Of a stretch of DNA of 64,000 nucleotides, positions 8,800 to 19,443 are shown in pieces; the stretch's first letter is position 1; the number at the start of each line of letters is the position of its first letter. Source of the stretch: Methanocaldococcus sp. 28A (GTDB lineage Archaea > AGJL01 > Methanococci > Methanococcales > Methanocaldococcaceae); the NCBI GenBank assembly GCA_049852185.1, contig CP187540.1. One strand, given 5' to 3'. Below the pieces are notes generated by a model. It had not been told where the DNA came from and did no database searches. It saw only the letters and a program-made list of their open reading frames with translations. A program made the translations under genes and the position numbers.

Positions 8800-10275
8800 T
8801 TAATTCAATAGCATATTAATTCCTTCCATAACTGCATCTACAGATGCTCTTATTATATCTGCATCAGATTTTCTAACTTCAACAATTTCAGTTCCTTTTC
8901 TTAATTTAACAACAACCTCTATTAAAGCATCTGTTCCTCCTCCTATTGCCTCAACTCTATACTCTTCTAACTTAATATCTGCTACTCCACTTATAGCTTT
9001 TCTTACAGCATTTATTGCTGCATCTACCGGCCCTACACCATAAGCAGTTTCGATTAAAGTTATATCTTCCCCCATATAATGAAGTTTAACAGAAGCAATT
9101 GGAGTAATTTTATTTCCAGAAACAACAGTTAATTCATCTAATTTAATTTTTTCCTTTACTACTTTTCCAGTAACTTCCCTAACTATGGCTAACAAATCAG
9201 CGTCTGAGATATATTTACCTAAATCTCCAAATTCTTTAATTCTTTCATAGATTATGTTTAATTGCTCCTCACTAACATCTATACCCATTAAATCAAGCTT
9301 ATATTTTAAAGCTTTTCTACCTGAATGCTTTCCTAAGATAATTCTTCTCCTATTTCCAACCATTTCTGGTTTTATTGGTTCATAAGTCTCAGTATTTTTT
9401 ATTAAACCATCAACATGTATTCCTGCTTCATGAGCAAATGCATTGTCTCCAACAATTGCCTTATTTGGTGGAACAGGAAGTTTCATCAATCTTGAAACAA
9501 TTCTTGAAACTTCATACAACTTCTCCATCTTTATATTTGTATCATAACCATAGAGTATTTTTAAAGCAGTTACAACTTCTTCCAATGAAGCGTTTCCTGC
9601 TCTTTCTCCAATACCATTAACTGTTACATGGCACTGAACTGCCCCTCCTAAAACTGCTGAACAGGTATTTGCTGTAGCCATTCCAAAGTCGTTATGGCAG
9701 TGAACTGATACTGGTAAATTAACGTTCTCAGTTATTTTTTTAAATAACTCTACACTTTTTTGTGGTGTTAAAACTCCTACTGTATCACAAACACAAACTC
9801 TATCTGCTCCAACCTTTTCTCCTTCATTAAACAATTTTATTAAGAAATTTACATCACTTCTTGTTGCATCCTCTGCAGATAATTCAACTATCAATCCATG
9901 GTCTTTAGCATATTCTACAGCTTTTAAAGCAGATTCTAAAACTTCGTCTTCTGTTTTTCTTAGCTTATATTTCATATGGATTGGTGATGTAGGCACTACT
10001 AAATGAACACTATCTACATCACATTCTAATGCCGCATCTATATCTATTGGTAAAGCTCTGACAAATGAACAGATTTCAGCATTTAAACCCTCTTTTGTTA
10101 TTAATTTTATTCCTTCTCTCTCCCCTTTTGAAGTTATAGCTGAGCCTGCCTCTATAACATCAACTCCCAACTCATCTAACTTTCTTGCTATCTCTAACTT
10201 ATCATTTGGTGTTAAAGAAACTCCTGGTGTTTGTTCTCCATCCCTCAAAGTTGTATCAAATATCCTCACTTTCAT
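8800..10275 (-). CDS. cimA: (R)-citramalate synthase
   Basis: DTTLRDGEQ (DRE-TIM), HCHND, GERAGN, LeuA-type regulatory domain; 491 aa, resembles M. jannaschii CimA. Confidence 0.85.
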   Translation of the reverse strand: MKVRIFDTTLRDGEQTPGVSLTPNDKLEIARKLDELGVDVIEAGSAITSKGEREGIKLITKEGLNAEICSFVRALPIDIDAALECDVDSVHLVVPTSPIHMKYKLRKTEDEVLESALKAVEYAKDHGLIVELSAEDATRSDVNFLIKLFNEGEKVGADRVCVCDTVGVLTPQKSVELFKKITENVNLPVSVHCHNDFGMATANTCSAVLGGAVQCHVTVNGIGERAGNASLEEVVTALKILYGYDTNIKMEKLYEVSRIVSRLMKLPVPPNKAIVGDNAFAHEAGIHVDGLIKNTETYEPIKPEMVGNRRRIILGKHSGRKALKYKLDLMGIDVSEEQLNIIYERIKEFGDLGKYISDADLLAIVREVTGKVVKEKIKLDELTVVSGNKITPIASVKLHYMGEDITLIETAYGVGPVDAAINAVRKAISGVADIKLEEYRVEAIGGGTDALIEVVVKLRKGTEIVEVRKSDADIIRASVDAVMEGINMLLN

Positions 10276-10406
10276 AACAATCCCTCATAAAAATAATTGA
10301 ATTTAATACTAATAAAAACTGTTTCAAATATTGGTTATAATATATTTAAAATTTTAGGTGAAATATCTAAAAACTAAAATCTGAAAATAGTTAATGAATA
10401 AATCTC

Positions 10407-11945
10407 CTATGATTTAACAACTTTCCCAGTTATCGACCTTCTTCCATAATCAACAATTTCAACATCAACAAACTCTCCAATTTTAAGATTTTTATCTAAG
10501 ATTCCAACTAACAATGGATAGCTTCCAAACTGTCTTCCAAAATATAATCCATCTTTCTCTTTAACTTCAACAAATACATCTCTTAATATTGTTCCTTTTG
10601 GTACAACCCTCTTAAGCATTTTATTGTCTATCTCTTCTCTAACTTTTTCTTTAAACCATAAAAATAATTTTTTTCTTTTCTCTGCTTTTTTTATATCTTT
10701 TAGAGATATTTCAGTTCCAAAAAATGGAACAACTTGCCTTATGTTAATCCTTCTAATCATAAAGCCCCTATCATAAATTTCTTTTAAATATTCAAAATTT
10801 ATAGTAAATGTTTCTTTTCTCTCCCCCTTTAATCCAAACAATAGATTTATGCCTGGCAATAAATATGGCAATCCTGTTTCTCCTCTTTCTTTTCCTATAG
10901 AGTTTAAAATTTCTACAGCTTTTAAAACATCTTCTGGTGTTGTTAATAAATTATTTGCTTTAATTACTTTTTCATCAAAACTCTCAACACCAAAAGCTGC
11001 TACATTTCCAGAAGTGCAGTATTTAACTAATATTTTAGCTACTTCTCTACTCTCATTTTCATGCCTTGCTATAACTGCAGGATTGGCATTATCTATATGC
11101 AAAACCTTTGGATTAGAAACATTTCTAATGCCTTCAAATAATTTTTCAATTGCCTCTACATTTGGTTTTGGAACCTCTTCTTTTTCTGAATCAATAGCTT
11201 TATAAGAAAACATACAAGGCTGTCTTCCAATTCTAAAATATCTTATTCCTTCATCATACAATGCCTTAATCTCATCAACTATATCTTTCTCCTCTCTAAA
11301 TTTAGGTAGTCCAAATCTTCTCGGCTCCGTGCAAAAAGAGCAACCCCCACTTAAAGCTCTTGAACACCCCCTATAAGTTTCAATTTCAGCTATTATATAT
11401 GGATAATTTGGATGCTTTTTAACAACTTTAGCTCCTCTAATGGCATATTCTCTCAACTCATTATAACTTCTATATCTATTAAAATCAATTTTTTCTATAC
11501 TTCTCTCACTTAATAAATCATTTAAAACAGCTTCCAAATCACCTTCAACAACCACATCAAAAAATGATTTATATTTACACTCATCTTCTATCTTTCCTCC
11601 AATCATTGAAGAGCCATATTTTGTTGCTGCAGGCCCCCCTAAAATTTTTAACCCATTATATCTATAAAGTATAGATACAAACTCCTTTAATGTGGCAGGA
11701 TTTGCATTTAAATACTTTCCTGGTGTGTGAAAACCACATATGCAGATTATTGCATCGTATTTATCTAAATCAAAGATTCCCCTAATTTCTCTAAATTTAT
11801 CGATAGTTATATAATCCACTTCAACATTATATTTATCTAAGACACCATAGGCATATCTTGGATAAGTGCCTATATAAGGAGGAACTCCTAAACCTGCTGG
11901 TTCATCTGTATAGCCATCTAAAATTAATGCTCTTTTTATTATCAT
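10407..11945 (-). CDS. Radical SAM protein with C-terminal TRAM domain (COG1031-like)
   Basis: DGYTDEPAGLGVPPY, extended Cx7Cx2C motif (CSRALSGGCSFC). Start moved to ATG 11945 (GTGGGG RBS); the 40-aa extension in the ORF track is antisense to an sRNA. Confidence 0.85.
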   Translation of the reverse strand: MIIKRALILDGYTDEPAGLGVPPYIGTYPRYAYGVLDKYNVEVDYITIDKFREIRGIFDLDKYDAIICICGFHTPGKYLNANPATLKEFVSILYRYNGLKILGGPAATKYGSSMIGGKIEDECKYKSFFDVVVEGDLEAVLNDLLSERSIEKIDFNRYRSYNELREYAIRGAKVVKKHPNYPYIIAEIETYRGCSRALSGGCSFCTEPRRFGLPKFREEKDIVDEIKALYDEGIRYFRIGRQPCMFSYKAIDSEKEEVPKPNVEAIEKLFEGIRNVSNPKVLHIDNANPAVIARHENESREVAKILVKYCTSGNVAAFGVESFDEKVIKANNLLTTPEDVLKAVEILNSIGKERGETGLPYLLPGINLLFGLKGERKETFTINFEYLKEIYDRGFMIRRINIRQVVPFFGTEISLKDIKKAEKRKKLFLWFKEKVREEIDNKMLKRVVPKGTILRDVFVEVKEKDGLYFGRQFGSYPLLVGILDKNLKIGEFVDVEIVDYGRRSITGKVVKS

Positions 11946-11959
11946 AATATCCCCACAAA

Positions 11960-12022
11960 ATTGCCGATGATGACGATTGGCTTTGCTGATTGTGTGATGA
12001 ACCGTATGAGCACTGAGGCAGT
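11960..12022 (+). ncRNA. sR8: Box C/D methylation guide sRNA (sR8-like)
   Basis: TTGCC stem, ATGATGA (C), 12-nt guide CGATTGGCTTTG, CTGA (D'), GTGATGA (C'), 12-nt guide ACCGTATGAGCA, CTGA (D), GGCAG stem; guides match my recollection of M. jannaschii sR8. Confidence 0.93.
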
Positions 12023-12054
12023 AAATAATAAAATAAAAATAAAACAAAAAAGAT

Positions 12055-12672
12055 TTATTCTTCAAATAAACTAAATATGTGTTTAGTCCAATTTACCCAC
12101 AAATCATTAGCTCTTTTGCTCTTTTCATAAGTTTGCATAACTATATAGTAGTTACCTACTTTTCTGTAATAGCAGTAACTAACAGGAAGACGTTTATCTT
12201 TTGGAATGAATTCGTAATAGGTATAATATCCAAATGCATCTCTTTGTGAGTATTTTTTAACATAATTATATAAATAAGCATAAGAGAAATCAATAGGTTT
12301 TGTGCTAACTTCAAATGTAACATTATTATATTTTTTTATTACATATCCTTCAGATTCTATCGTCTTTTCATAAGGAAGATTTAAAAACATATCATCTATA
12401 TCTATATTTTTTGAAAAATCGTATTTTTTAGTTTCTTTTGTATTATTTTTCATATTATTTGCAATACTTTCATTGTTTGTAATCTTGGTTTTGTTATTAT
12501 CTTTTAAATTGTCCATTTTTACATTTTCCATTGATTTGTTGTTGTAATTTTGCATATTTCCATTTTTAGTTGAGATATATAATTCATTAACCTCTTTTTT
12601 CTCATAATTTAAGCATCCACTAATAGAGACAATTAAAATCAAAGATAAAAAAAATATTATTAGCTTTTTCAT
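12055..12672 (-). CDS. Predicted lipoprotein, hypothetical
   Basis: MKK + hydrophobic stretch + ISGC lipobox, Asn/Lys-rich linker. Confidence 0.8.
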   Translation of the reverse strand: MKKLIIFFLSLILIVSISGCLNYEKKEVNELYISTKNGNMQNYNNKSMENVKMDNLKDNNKTKITNNESIANNMKNNTKETKKYDFSKNIDIDDMFLNLPYEKTIESEGYVIKKYNNVTFEVSTKPIDFSYAYLYNYVKKYSQRDAFGYYTYYEFIPKDKRLPVSYCYYRKVGNYYIVMQTYEKSKRANDLWVNWTKHIFSLFEE

Positions 12673-12734
12673 AAGCTATCCCTTACTAATTTTTTAATTC
12701 ATATAAAAATTATAAAATTATAATTATAAAATTA

Positions 12735-13832
12735 TTATAAAACAGCTTTCTCTAAATCTTCTGGTCTATGCAACTCTCCACCAATTTTATCAACTAAAAC
12801 CACTTCATCAGCTTTTTTACAAACTCTTTCGACTTCATAATATATTTGTCCTAAGTTCATCTCTGGAACTATAACTTTTTTTGCCTTTAACTTTTTCAAC
12901 AACTCATCTGGGAATGGATAGACGGTTATTAATCTTATATATCCAACATCCAATCCTTTTTCTCTTAATTTATTGACTGTATATTTCACAGTTCTTGAAG
13001 GTGTTCCATAGCAAATAAACATTATTTCTGCATCTAAATTCTCAGCTTCATATTTGATTATATCATCCTTATTTTTTCTTATTTTATTAACTAATCTTCT
13101 AACTAACTTATCATGAGTTTCTGGAGAAACATCAGGGTAGCCCCTCTCATCATGGGTTAATCCAGTTATATGCACATTATACCCCTCTCCAAATACTGGC
13201 ATTGGAGATACAAGAATATCAAAAGGATAAACTTTCTTTAGAGGTTTTTCTTCTGGCTTTTTTCTATCAATTATTTCTATGTTGTCATGTAAAACAACCT
13301 TTTCTCGCATATGTCCAACAATTTCATCAGCCATAACAAAAACAGGAATTCTGTATTTTTCAGCATAGTTAAATGCCATTATTGTAAAATCATACATCTC
13401 TTGCACTGAGCTTGGAGCTAAAGCAATAACTTCATAATCTCCATGGCTTCCCCATCTACACTGCATCATATCTCCTTGAGAAGCCATAGTTGGCTGTCCT
13501 GTTGAAGGACCTCCTCTTTGAACATTGACAATTACACATGGTGTTTCTGTCATATATCCAAATCCTATGTTCTCTTGCATTAAACTAAATCCAGGACCTG
13601 AAGTTGCTGTCATTGATTTTAAACCTCCCCAACTTGCACCAATAACTGCTGCTATACTCCCAAGCTCATCTTCCATTTGGATATAATAACCTCCAACCTT
13701 TGGTAATTCTCTTGCCATTGCCTCAGCTATCTCTGTGGATGGGGTTATAGGATATCCTGCAAAAAATCTACATCCTGCCTTTATAGCTCCTTTTGCACAG
13801 GCAAGGTTTCCTTGCATGAACTCTATTTTCAT
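12735..13832 (-). CDS. korA: 2-oxoacid (2-oxoglutarate):ferredoxin oxidoreductase alpha subunit
   Basis: YPITPSTE, ATSGPG, QRGGPSTG motifs. Confidence 0.85.
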   Translation of the reverse strand: MKIEFMQGNLACAKGAIKAGCRFFAGYPITPSTEIAEAMARELPKVGGYYIQMEDELGSIAAVIGASWGGLKSMTATSGPGFSLMQENIGFGYMTETPCVIVNVQRGGPSTGQPTMASQGDMMQCRWGSHGDYEVIALAPSSVQEMYDFTIMAFNYAEKYRIPVFVMADEIVGHMREKVVLHDNIEIIDRKKPEEKPLKKVYPFDILVSPMPVFGEGYNVHITGLTHDERGYPDVSPETHDKLVRRLVNKIRKNKDDIIKYEAENLDAEIMFICYGTPSRTVKYTVNKLREKGLDVGYIRLITVYPFPDELLKKLKAKKVIVPEMNLGQIYYEVERVCKKADEVVLVDKIGGELHRPEDLEKAVL

Positions 13833-13918
13833 TAAATACTCCCTCCATTCATAATTTTAATTTTAGAGTAGTTAAAATAAAAGTTATATTAATTGAAGGT
13901 TAAAATTGATTGAAAATT

Positions 13919-15706
13919 TTAGAATTCTTCAACAGCACTCATTTCTCTTATCTTTTCTCTTATCTTTTTAATCTCTTCAAATTCTGGTTTTTTAATCTTT
14001 GGCTCAACCCTAATTGGTTGAATTATATTTGTTAGTTTTCCACCTGGTGGAACCATTGGTAAAGCTTCAGCAGGGTCTATGACAATATCTAAGAGATATG
14101 GCTCATTACTCAATATTGCCTCTTTTAATTTCTCTTTAATCTCATCTGGTCTTGTTATTCTATCAGCTTTAACACCATAACTTTCAGCTAATTTAACAAA
14201 ATCTGGACTCTCTCCTAAATGCACTTCACTCTGTCTCTGTCCATAATATAAGTTTTGCCATTGATAAACCATTCCTAATGTTCTATTGTCAAAGATACAA
14301 ATAACAACTGGAATAACATATTCACTAATTGTTGCTAACTCTTGAGAATTCATTAAGAATCCTCCATCTCCCGTAATAGAGATAACATTAGCGTAAGGTT
14401 TAGCAACCTTAGCCCCTATTGCAGCAGGAAATCCAAAGCCCATAGTCCCTAAACCACCAGAGGCTAAAAAGCTTCTTGGCATCTTTGTTTTAAAGAAATG
14501 AGCCATCCACATTTGATTTTGTCCAACGTCTGTTGTTATTATTGTGTTTTTTAATTTAGGGTCAATCTCATCTAAAACTTTCATTAAATCTTTAACAAAT
14601 CTCTGTGGCTTTATTGGCTTGTCATCAAAATCCATCATTGGGATAGAGTGTTTTTTTAATTCATAAATCCTTTCAATCCATGCATCTTTATTTTTAATTT
14701 CCAATGTTATTAATGCAGCTAACAAATCTCTTAAAACATTTTTTGCATCTCCAACTATTGGAATATCTGCCCTAACATTCTTCCCTATCTCAGCTGGGTC
14801 TATGTCTATATGAATAATTTTAGCTTCTGGGGCAAAGTATCTAACATCCCCAGTAACCCTATCTGAAAATCTACAGCCAATTGCTATGAGAACATCACAT
14901 TCTGTAACTGCATAATTTGCAGCTTTAGTTCCATGCATTCCAATCATTCCTAATGACAGAGGATGGTCTTCTGGAAAGCTTCCTTTACCCATTAAAGTAG
15001 TGCAAACTGGGATTTTAACAAATTCAGCTAATCTCATCAATTCTTCTGAAGCTCCACTAATTATAACTCCTCCACCAGCTAAAATTACTGGTTTTTCAGC
15101 TTCAGCTATCAATTTAGCAGCTTTTTTTATCTGTAAAGGATGCCCAACAGTTTTTGGTTTGTAGCCAGGTAAATCAACCTTTGCTGGGATTGGATATCTT
15201 TCAACATCAATCTCTCCATCTTGCACATCTTTTGGAATGTCTATATGAACTGGCCCAGGCCTTCCAGTTGTAGCAATTTCAAAAGCAGCTCTAAAAGTTT
15301 CAGGAATTTCTTCAGGCTTTTTTATTTGGAAGTTGTGTTTTGTTATTGGCATAAATAAGCCAAGAGCATCAATCTCTTGAAATGCATCATTTCCAATTAA
15401 CTTAGTGGGAACTTGCCCAGTCAAAGCAATAACTGGGGATGAATCCGCATAAGCCGTTGCTATCCCAGTAACTAAGTTTGTGGCTCCAGGACCTGAAGTA
15501 GAGACGCAAACTCCAGCCTCTCCACTTGCTCTCGCAAATCCATCTGCTGCATGTGCTGCTGCCTGCTCATGCCTTGTTAATATATGAATTAAATTGCTAT
15601 CATACAATGCATCGTAAAATGGTAACATTGCCCCTCCTGGATAACCAAATATAATCTTGACTCCTTCAGCTTCTAATGCCTTTATAATTGCCTCAGCACC
15701 TTTCAT
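13919..15706 (-). CDS. ilvB: Acetolactate synthase large subunit
   Basis: FGYPGGA, RHEQ, TSGPGATN, GDGGFLM TPP-binding motif. Confidence 0.95.
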   Translation of the reverse strand: MKGAEAIIKALEAEGVKIIFGYPGGAMLPFYDALYDSNLIHILTRHEQAAAHAADGFARASGEAGVCVSTSGPGATNLVTGIATAYADSSPVIALTGQVPTKLIGNDAFQEIDALGLFMPITKHNFQIKKPEEIPETFRAAFEIATTGRPGPVHIDIPKDVQDGEIDVERYPIPAKVDLPGYKPKTVGHPLQIKKAAKLIAEAEKPVILAGGGVIISGASEELMRLAEFVKIPVCTTLMGKGSFPEDHPLSLGMIGMHGTKAANYAVTECDVLIAIGCRFSDRVTGDVRYFAPEAKIIHIDIDPAEIGKNVRADIPIVGDAKNVLRDLLAALITLEIKNKDAWIERIYELKKHSIPMMDFDDKPIKPQRFVKDLMKVLDEIDPKLKNTIITTDVGQNQMWMAHFFKTKMPRSFLASGGLGTMGFGFPAAIGAKVAKPYANVISITGDGGFLMNSQELATISEYVIPVVICIFDNRTLGMVYQWQNLYYGQRQSEVHLGESPDFVKLAESYGVKADRITRPDEIKEKLKEAILSNEPYLLDIVIDPAEALPMVPPGGKLTNIIQPIRVEPKIKKPEFEEIKKIREKIREMSAVEEF

Positions 15707-15729
15707 CTAATCACCAAAAAATGAGTTGA

Positions 15730-15749
15730 AATAGGACAAAAGTCCTATT
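15730..15749. repeat. Collapsed family A palindrome (termini only)
   Basis: AATAGGAC-AAAA-GTCCTATT. Confidence 0.65.
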
Positions 15750-15844
15750 GGGAGTATCATAATGATAAAATTAAAATTATATATAAATTTTTATACTAAG
15801 GATAATACTGGACTTTATACAGTTCATATATTTTTCATGGAAAT

Positions 15845-15958
15845 TATAGTTGTGTGCAAAAGTATCTTAATTAAAATAAGGAATTAAAGAATGCCTTCCT
15901 TTTGGAAGGCATTCAAATTTTCCTTTACAAAGTTTATTTTATTTTGCACACAACTATA
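15845..15958. repeat. Palindromic repeat family B (MITE-like)
   Basis: Perfect 17-bp TIR TATAGTTGTGTGCAAAA/TTTTGCACACAACTATA; internal hairpin GAATGCCTTCC-TTTT-GGAAGGCATTC. Confidence 0.9.
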
Positions 15959-15986
15959 TTGCTCACTATATATAAAAACTATGACT

Positions 15987-16014
15987 TAGGACATATATTC
16001 CTGTGAATGTCCTA
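15987..16014. repeat. Internally deleted family A palindrome
   Basis: TAGGACAT...ATTCCTGTGAATGTCCTA. Confidence 0.55.
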
Positions 16015-16095
16015 TAATATCTGAAAAAATTAAAATTTAGGTATAAAAAAGTTATATATTAATAAATATTAATAAAAAAGTAATTGTTAATTTAA

Positions 16096-16569
16096 TTATT
16101 CTGACTCAGCTGGTTGGACTTCACATACCTTTATAGTAAATGTTAATTCCTTTCCAGCTAGTTCATGGTTGAAATCTAAGGTTACCGTATCATCTGTAAC
16201 TTTTATTATCTTTGCAGGAATTCCACTGGCTAAGATTAACATACCCTCCTGTGGTTCAAAATCTGCATCAGCAAACATATCTTTAGGGATTTCCTGGATT
16301 AATCTCTCATCTCTAAATCCATAACCTTTTTCAGGAGGAATTGTTACAGTTTTTTCTTCTCCAACGTCCATACCTATAACAGCTTCTTCAAAACCTTCAA
16401 TTAAATCCCCATTACCTACGATAAAACCTAAGGGCTCATAATCCCTTTCAGGATAGTATATGCCATTTTCTTTAGCAACTTCTTCAATTGATGTATCAAT
16501 AACTTTCCCATCTACAACTAAAATATAGTCTACCTTAACGTAATCTCCTTTTTTAATCAAGTTAATCAA
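16096..16569 (-). CDS. FKBP-type peptidyl-prolyl isomerase (short SlyD-like)
   Basis: [20 protein letters not shown] and [13 protein letters not shown] motifs; TTG start at 16569 or 16560. Confidence 0.93.
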   Translation of the reverse strand: MINLIKKGDYVKVDYILVVDGKVIDTSIEEVAKENGIYYPERDYEPLGFIVGNGDLIEGFEEAVIGMDVGEEKTVTIPPEKGYGFRDERLIQEIPKDMFADADFEPQEGMLILASGIPAKIIKVTDDTVTLDFNHELAGKELTFTIKVCEVQPAESE

Positions 16570-16666
16570 CTCCCAACATTTCCAAATACATATTATGAAA
16601 GATATATAAATAGTTTTTGGCTATTAATTGTTTTTTATGGATAAAGCGTATATTTTGGGGATTACT

Positions 16667-17500
16667 ATGGAAAAAGTAAATAGTTATTTAGAGATTATTA
16701 GGGCTAAAAATTGTATAACTGCGTCTATTGGAGGTATTATAGGTTATTTAATTTCAGAAAATTTTGATATTAATATATTAAAAGTTATTTTAGTATTTTT
16801 TGTTGTATTTTTTGTTTGTGCTTATGGGAATGTGATAAATGACATTTTTGATATTGAGATAGATAAAATAAATAAGCCATTTCGCCCATTACCATCAGGA
16901 AAAATTAAATTAAATGAGGCAAAAAAACTTTCAGGCATTTTATTAATTTTTGGCTTAACTCTTTCAATATTTATAAATATATATACGTTAATTATAGCAG
17001 TGGTTAATGCCATCTTCCTATATTTATATGCAAAAAAATACAAACGATATAAACCAATTGGAAATTTTATTATTGGCTATTTAACAGGTTCTGTATTTCT
17101 ATTTGGTGGAGTTGCTGGAAAAAATGTTATGCCAGTTATTATTTTATTTTTATGCTCTTTACTTTCAATTTGGGGTAGAGAAATAGTTAAAGATTTTGAG
17201 GACATGGAAGGGGATAAAAAAGAAGAAGTAATTTCACTACCAATAAAGTATGGTAAAAAGGCATTATATTTTGCCACTTTTTTGATAGTTCTGGCGGTTG
17301 TATTAAGTCCTCTTCCTTATATATTAAAAATATTTGGAATATATTATCTAATTTTAATAGCAATATGTGATATTTTGTTTATCTATGCTATGGCTTTATT
17401 ATTAAAAAAGCCAAATAGAGACACTGCTTCAAGGGTTTCAAAATTTTTAAAAATCATAATGAACATTGTTCTTTTGGCATTTATTGTTGGTGCTATTTAA
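16667..17500 (+). CDS. Digeranylgeranylglyceryl phosphate synthase (UbiA family)
   Basis: NDIFDIEIDKINKPFRPLPSG and REIVKDFEDMEGD motifs, multiple TM helices; start moved to ATG 16667 after GGGGA. Confidence 0.9.
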   Translation: MEKVNSYLEIIRAKNCITASIGGIIGYLISENFDINILKVILVFFVVFFVCAYGNVINDIFDIEIDKINKPFRPLPSGKIKLNEAKKLSGILLIFGLTLSIFINIYTLIIAVVNAIFLYLYAKKYKRYKPIGNFIIGYLTGSVFLFGGVAGKNVMPVIILFLCSLLSIWGREIVKDFEDMEGDKKEEVISLPIKYGKKALYFATFLIVLAVVLSPLPYILKIFGIYYLILIAICDILFIYAMALLLKKPNRDTASRVSKFLKIIMNIVLLAFIVGAI

Positions 17501-17539
17501 ATGATAGAATTTATAATATTCCAAAGGAAATGTTTTTAA

Positions 17540-17639
17540 TATAGGACTTTCGCAGGAATAAATTTTTTATAATAGAATATAGACACCTAAAGGTGTCAAA
17601 GTTTCTTAATTCAAGTATATAAACTGCGAAAGTCCTATA
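17540..17639. repeat. Palindromic repeat family A, intact
   Basis: TATAGGACTTTCGCAG/CTGCGAAAGTCCTATA perfect TIR; internal GACACC-TAAA-GGTGTC hairpin. Confidence 0.92.
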
Positions 17640-17700
17640 ATAGATAACTAAATAGTTATAGGTAAAAATGAAGAATTTTAATAGTGAAATTGGTGAAAAA

Positions 17701-18087
17701 ATGTTTCCAGGTAAAGTAAATCCAAGAATGTTGAAGAAAATGCAAAAGATGATGAAGGATTTTGGAATGGAAACTGAAGATTTAAATCCAAAAAAAGTAA
17801 TATTTGTATTTGATGATGAAGAGTGGGTATTTGAAGAACCAAAAGTTCAGGTCATGGACATATTAGGAGTTAAAACTTACTCAATAACTGGAAAACCTAA
17901 GAAAGTTAAAAAAGAAAACATGGAAGAAGAAGAGGATGTTAAAGTTGAAATAACTGAAGAAGATGTTGAATTAGTGGCTAAGCAATGCAATGTTTCAAAA
18001 GAAGAGGCAAGAAAAGCATTAGAAAAATGCAATGGCGATATTGCTGAGGCAATATTAAAATTAGAAGAAGAAAAAGAAGAAAATTAA
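17701..18087 (+). CDS. nac: Nascent polypeptide-associated complex protein
   Basis: MFPG..NPR N-terminus, NAC domain, C-terminal UBA-like (EEARKALEKCNGDIAEAI); GGTGA RBS before 17701. Confidence 0.93.
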   Translation: MFPGKVNPRMLKKMQKMMKDFGMETEDLNPKKVIFVFDDEEWVFEEPKVQVMDILGVKTYSITGKPKKVKKENMEEEEDVKVEITEEDVELVAKQCNVSKEEARKALEKCNGDIAEAILKLEEEKEEN

Positions 18088-18197
18088 ATAGGTCTTTCGC
18101 AGGTATAAATATTAAAAGGCCTTTTTGATGCCATTGACATCATATTTTCTTTATTATTAATTATTAAAATTAAATATATAAAGTGAAAGTCCTATTT
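18086..18197. repeat. Palindromic repeat family A between convergent nac and apgM
   Basis: AAATAGGTCTTTCGC ... GTGAAAGTCCTATTT fills the whole intergenic space. Confidence 0.85.
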
Positions 18198-19435
18198 TAA
18201 GCTCCAAATTTCTCATTTCTTCCAGTTAAATCTAATAAAATCTTCATTACATGCTCTCCTTTAATCCAATGCATAGCTCCTTTTGCACAGCTGAATTCAT
18301 TAAATTCTGTAACATCATCAACTCTAACACTCTTTCCCCAAATAACTATTGGAACTGGGTCTGCTGAGTGGTCTTTTACCTCTATTGGTGTTGAATGGTC
18401 TCCAGTTAATACAAAGTAAACTTCATCTTTGTTAATATTCTCAAATACATAGGAAAGCATCTCATCTATTTTTTCTAAAACCTCTTTTTTAAGTTCATAT
18501 TTACCATCATGGCTTGCTTCATCAGCTCCTTTAACATTTACTAAGACAAAATCATAATCATATTCTTTTAATGCTTCAATCAATGCCTTTGCTTTGCCCA
18601 TAAAGTTTGTTTTTGGTGTTCCTGTAGCTCCCTCAACTTCTATAACATCTAAACCAATCATTTTAGCCAACCCTTTTATTAGTCCAGTTCCACAGATACA
18701 AGCTCCTCTCAGATTGTATCTTTTAGAGAACTTCTCTATCTTTGGAACTACTCCGGCACCTCTTGGTAATATCATATTGGCTGGTGGTAATCCTTTTTTC
18801 CTTCTTTCTACATTTATTGGATGATTATTTAGTTTTTCATAAACAATTTTTAATAATTTGTTTAAAATCTCAGCGGTTCTTTTCGCTTCTTCTGAATCAT
18901 CTAATGGCTCTATCTTTTTAACTTTAACGCCCTCTTCATGCGGGTCTCCATCACTAACTCTGCATGACAAACCTTCTCCTCTCAAAACTAAAGCTCCTCT
19001 ATATCCTTTTGAAGATTTAAAAATAATTTTAACTCCATCAATCTCTAAACCATCAATCTCCTTCTCTAACTCTTTAGCTTCTTCTGGACTTATTCTTCCA
19101 GCTCTTCTATCTAAAACAACAAAGTTCTCATCAACAGTAGCAAAATTACATCTAAATGCTACATCTCCTTCTTTTAAATCCAAGCCAACACCATAAGCTT
19201 CTAATGGCCCCCTACCAGTATAAACCTCGTAAGGATTGTAGCCCAAAATAGCTAAGTGAGCTGTATCACTTCCTGGTCTTACACCAATATCTATGGCATT
19301 CATTAATCCACAAATTCCTTCTTTAGCAATTCTATCCATTGTTGGAGTCTTCGCCTCTTTTAAAGGAGTGTTACCATCTTTATTTGGTCTATCTCCCAAC
19401 CCATCTATAATAAATATAACACACTTTCTTTTCAT
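18197..19435 (-). CDS. apgM: 2,3-bisphosphoglycerate-independent phosphoglycerate mutase
   Basis: IIDGLGD, PGSDTAHL, DEASHDG, TGDHSTP motifs. Confidence 0.93.
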   Translation of the reverse strand: MKRKCVIFIIDGLGDRPNKDGNTPLKEAKTPTMDRIAKEGICGLMNAIDIGVRPGSDTAHLAILGYNPYEVYTGRGPLEAYGVGLDLKEGDVAFRCNFATVDENFVVLDRRAGRISPEEAKELEKEIDGLEIDGVKIIFKSSKGYRGALVLRGEGLSCRVSDGDPHEEGVKVKKIEPLDDSEEAKRTAEILNKLLKIVYEKLNNHPINVERRKKGLPPANMILPRGAGVVPKIEKFSKRYNLRGACICGTGLIKGLAKMIGLDVIEVEGATGTPKTNFMGKAKALIEALKEYDYDFVLVNVKGADEASHDGKYELKKEVLEKIDEMLSYVFENINKDEVYFVLTGDHSTPIEVKDHSADPVPIVIWGKSVRVDDVTEFNEFSCAKGAMHWIKGEHVMKILLDLTGRNEKFGA

Positions 19436-19443
19436 TCTCTCCC

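Noticed and set aside
11946-12065. His-rich 40-aa N-terminal extension of the radical SAM ORF
   Set aside because: It is the antisense reading of the C/D sRNA; an RBS supports ATG 11945
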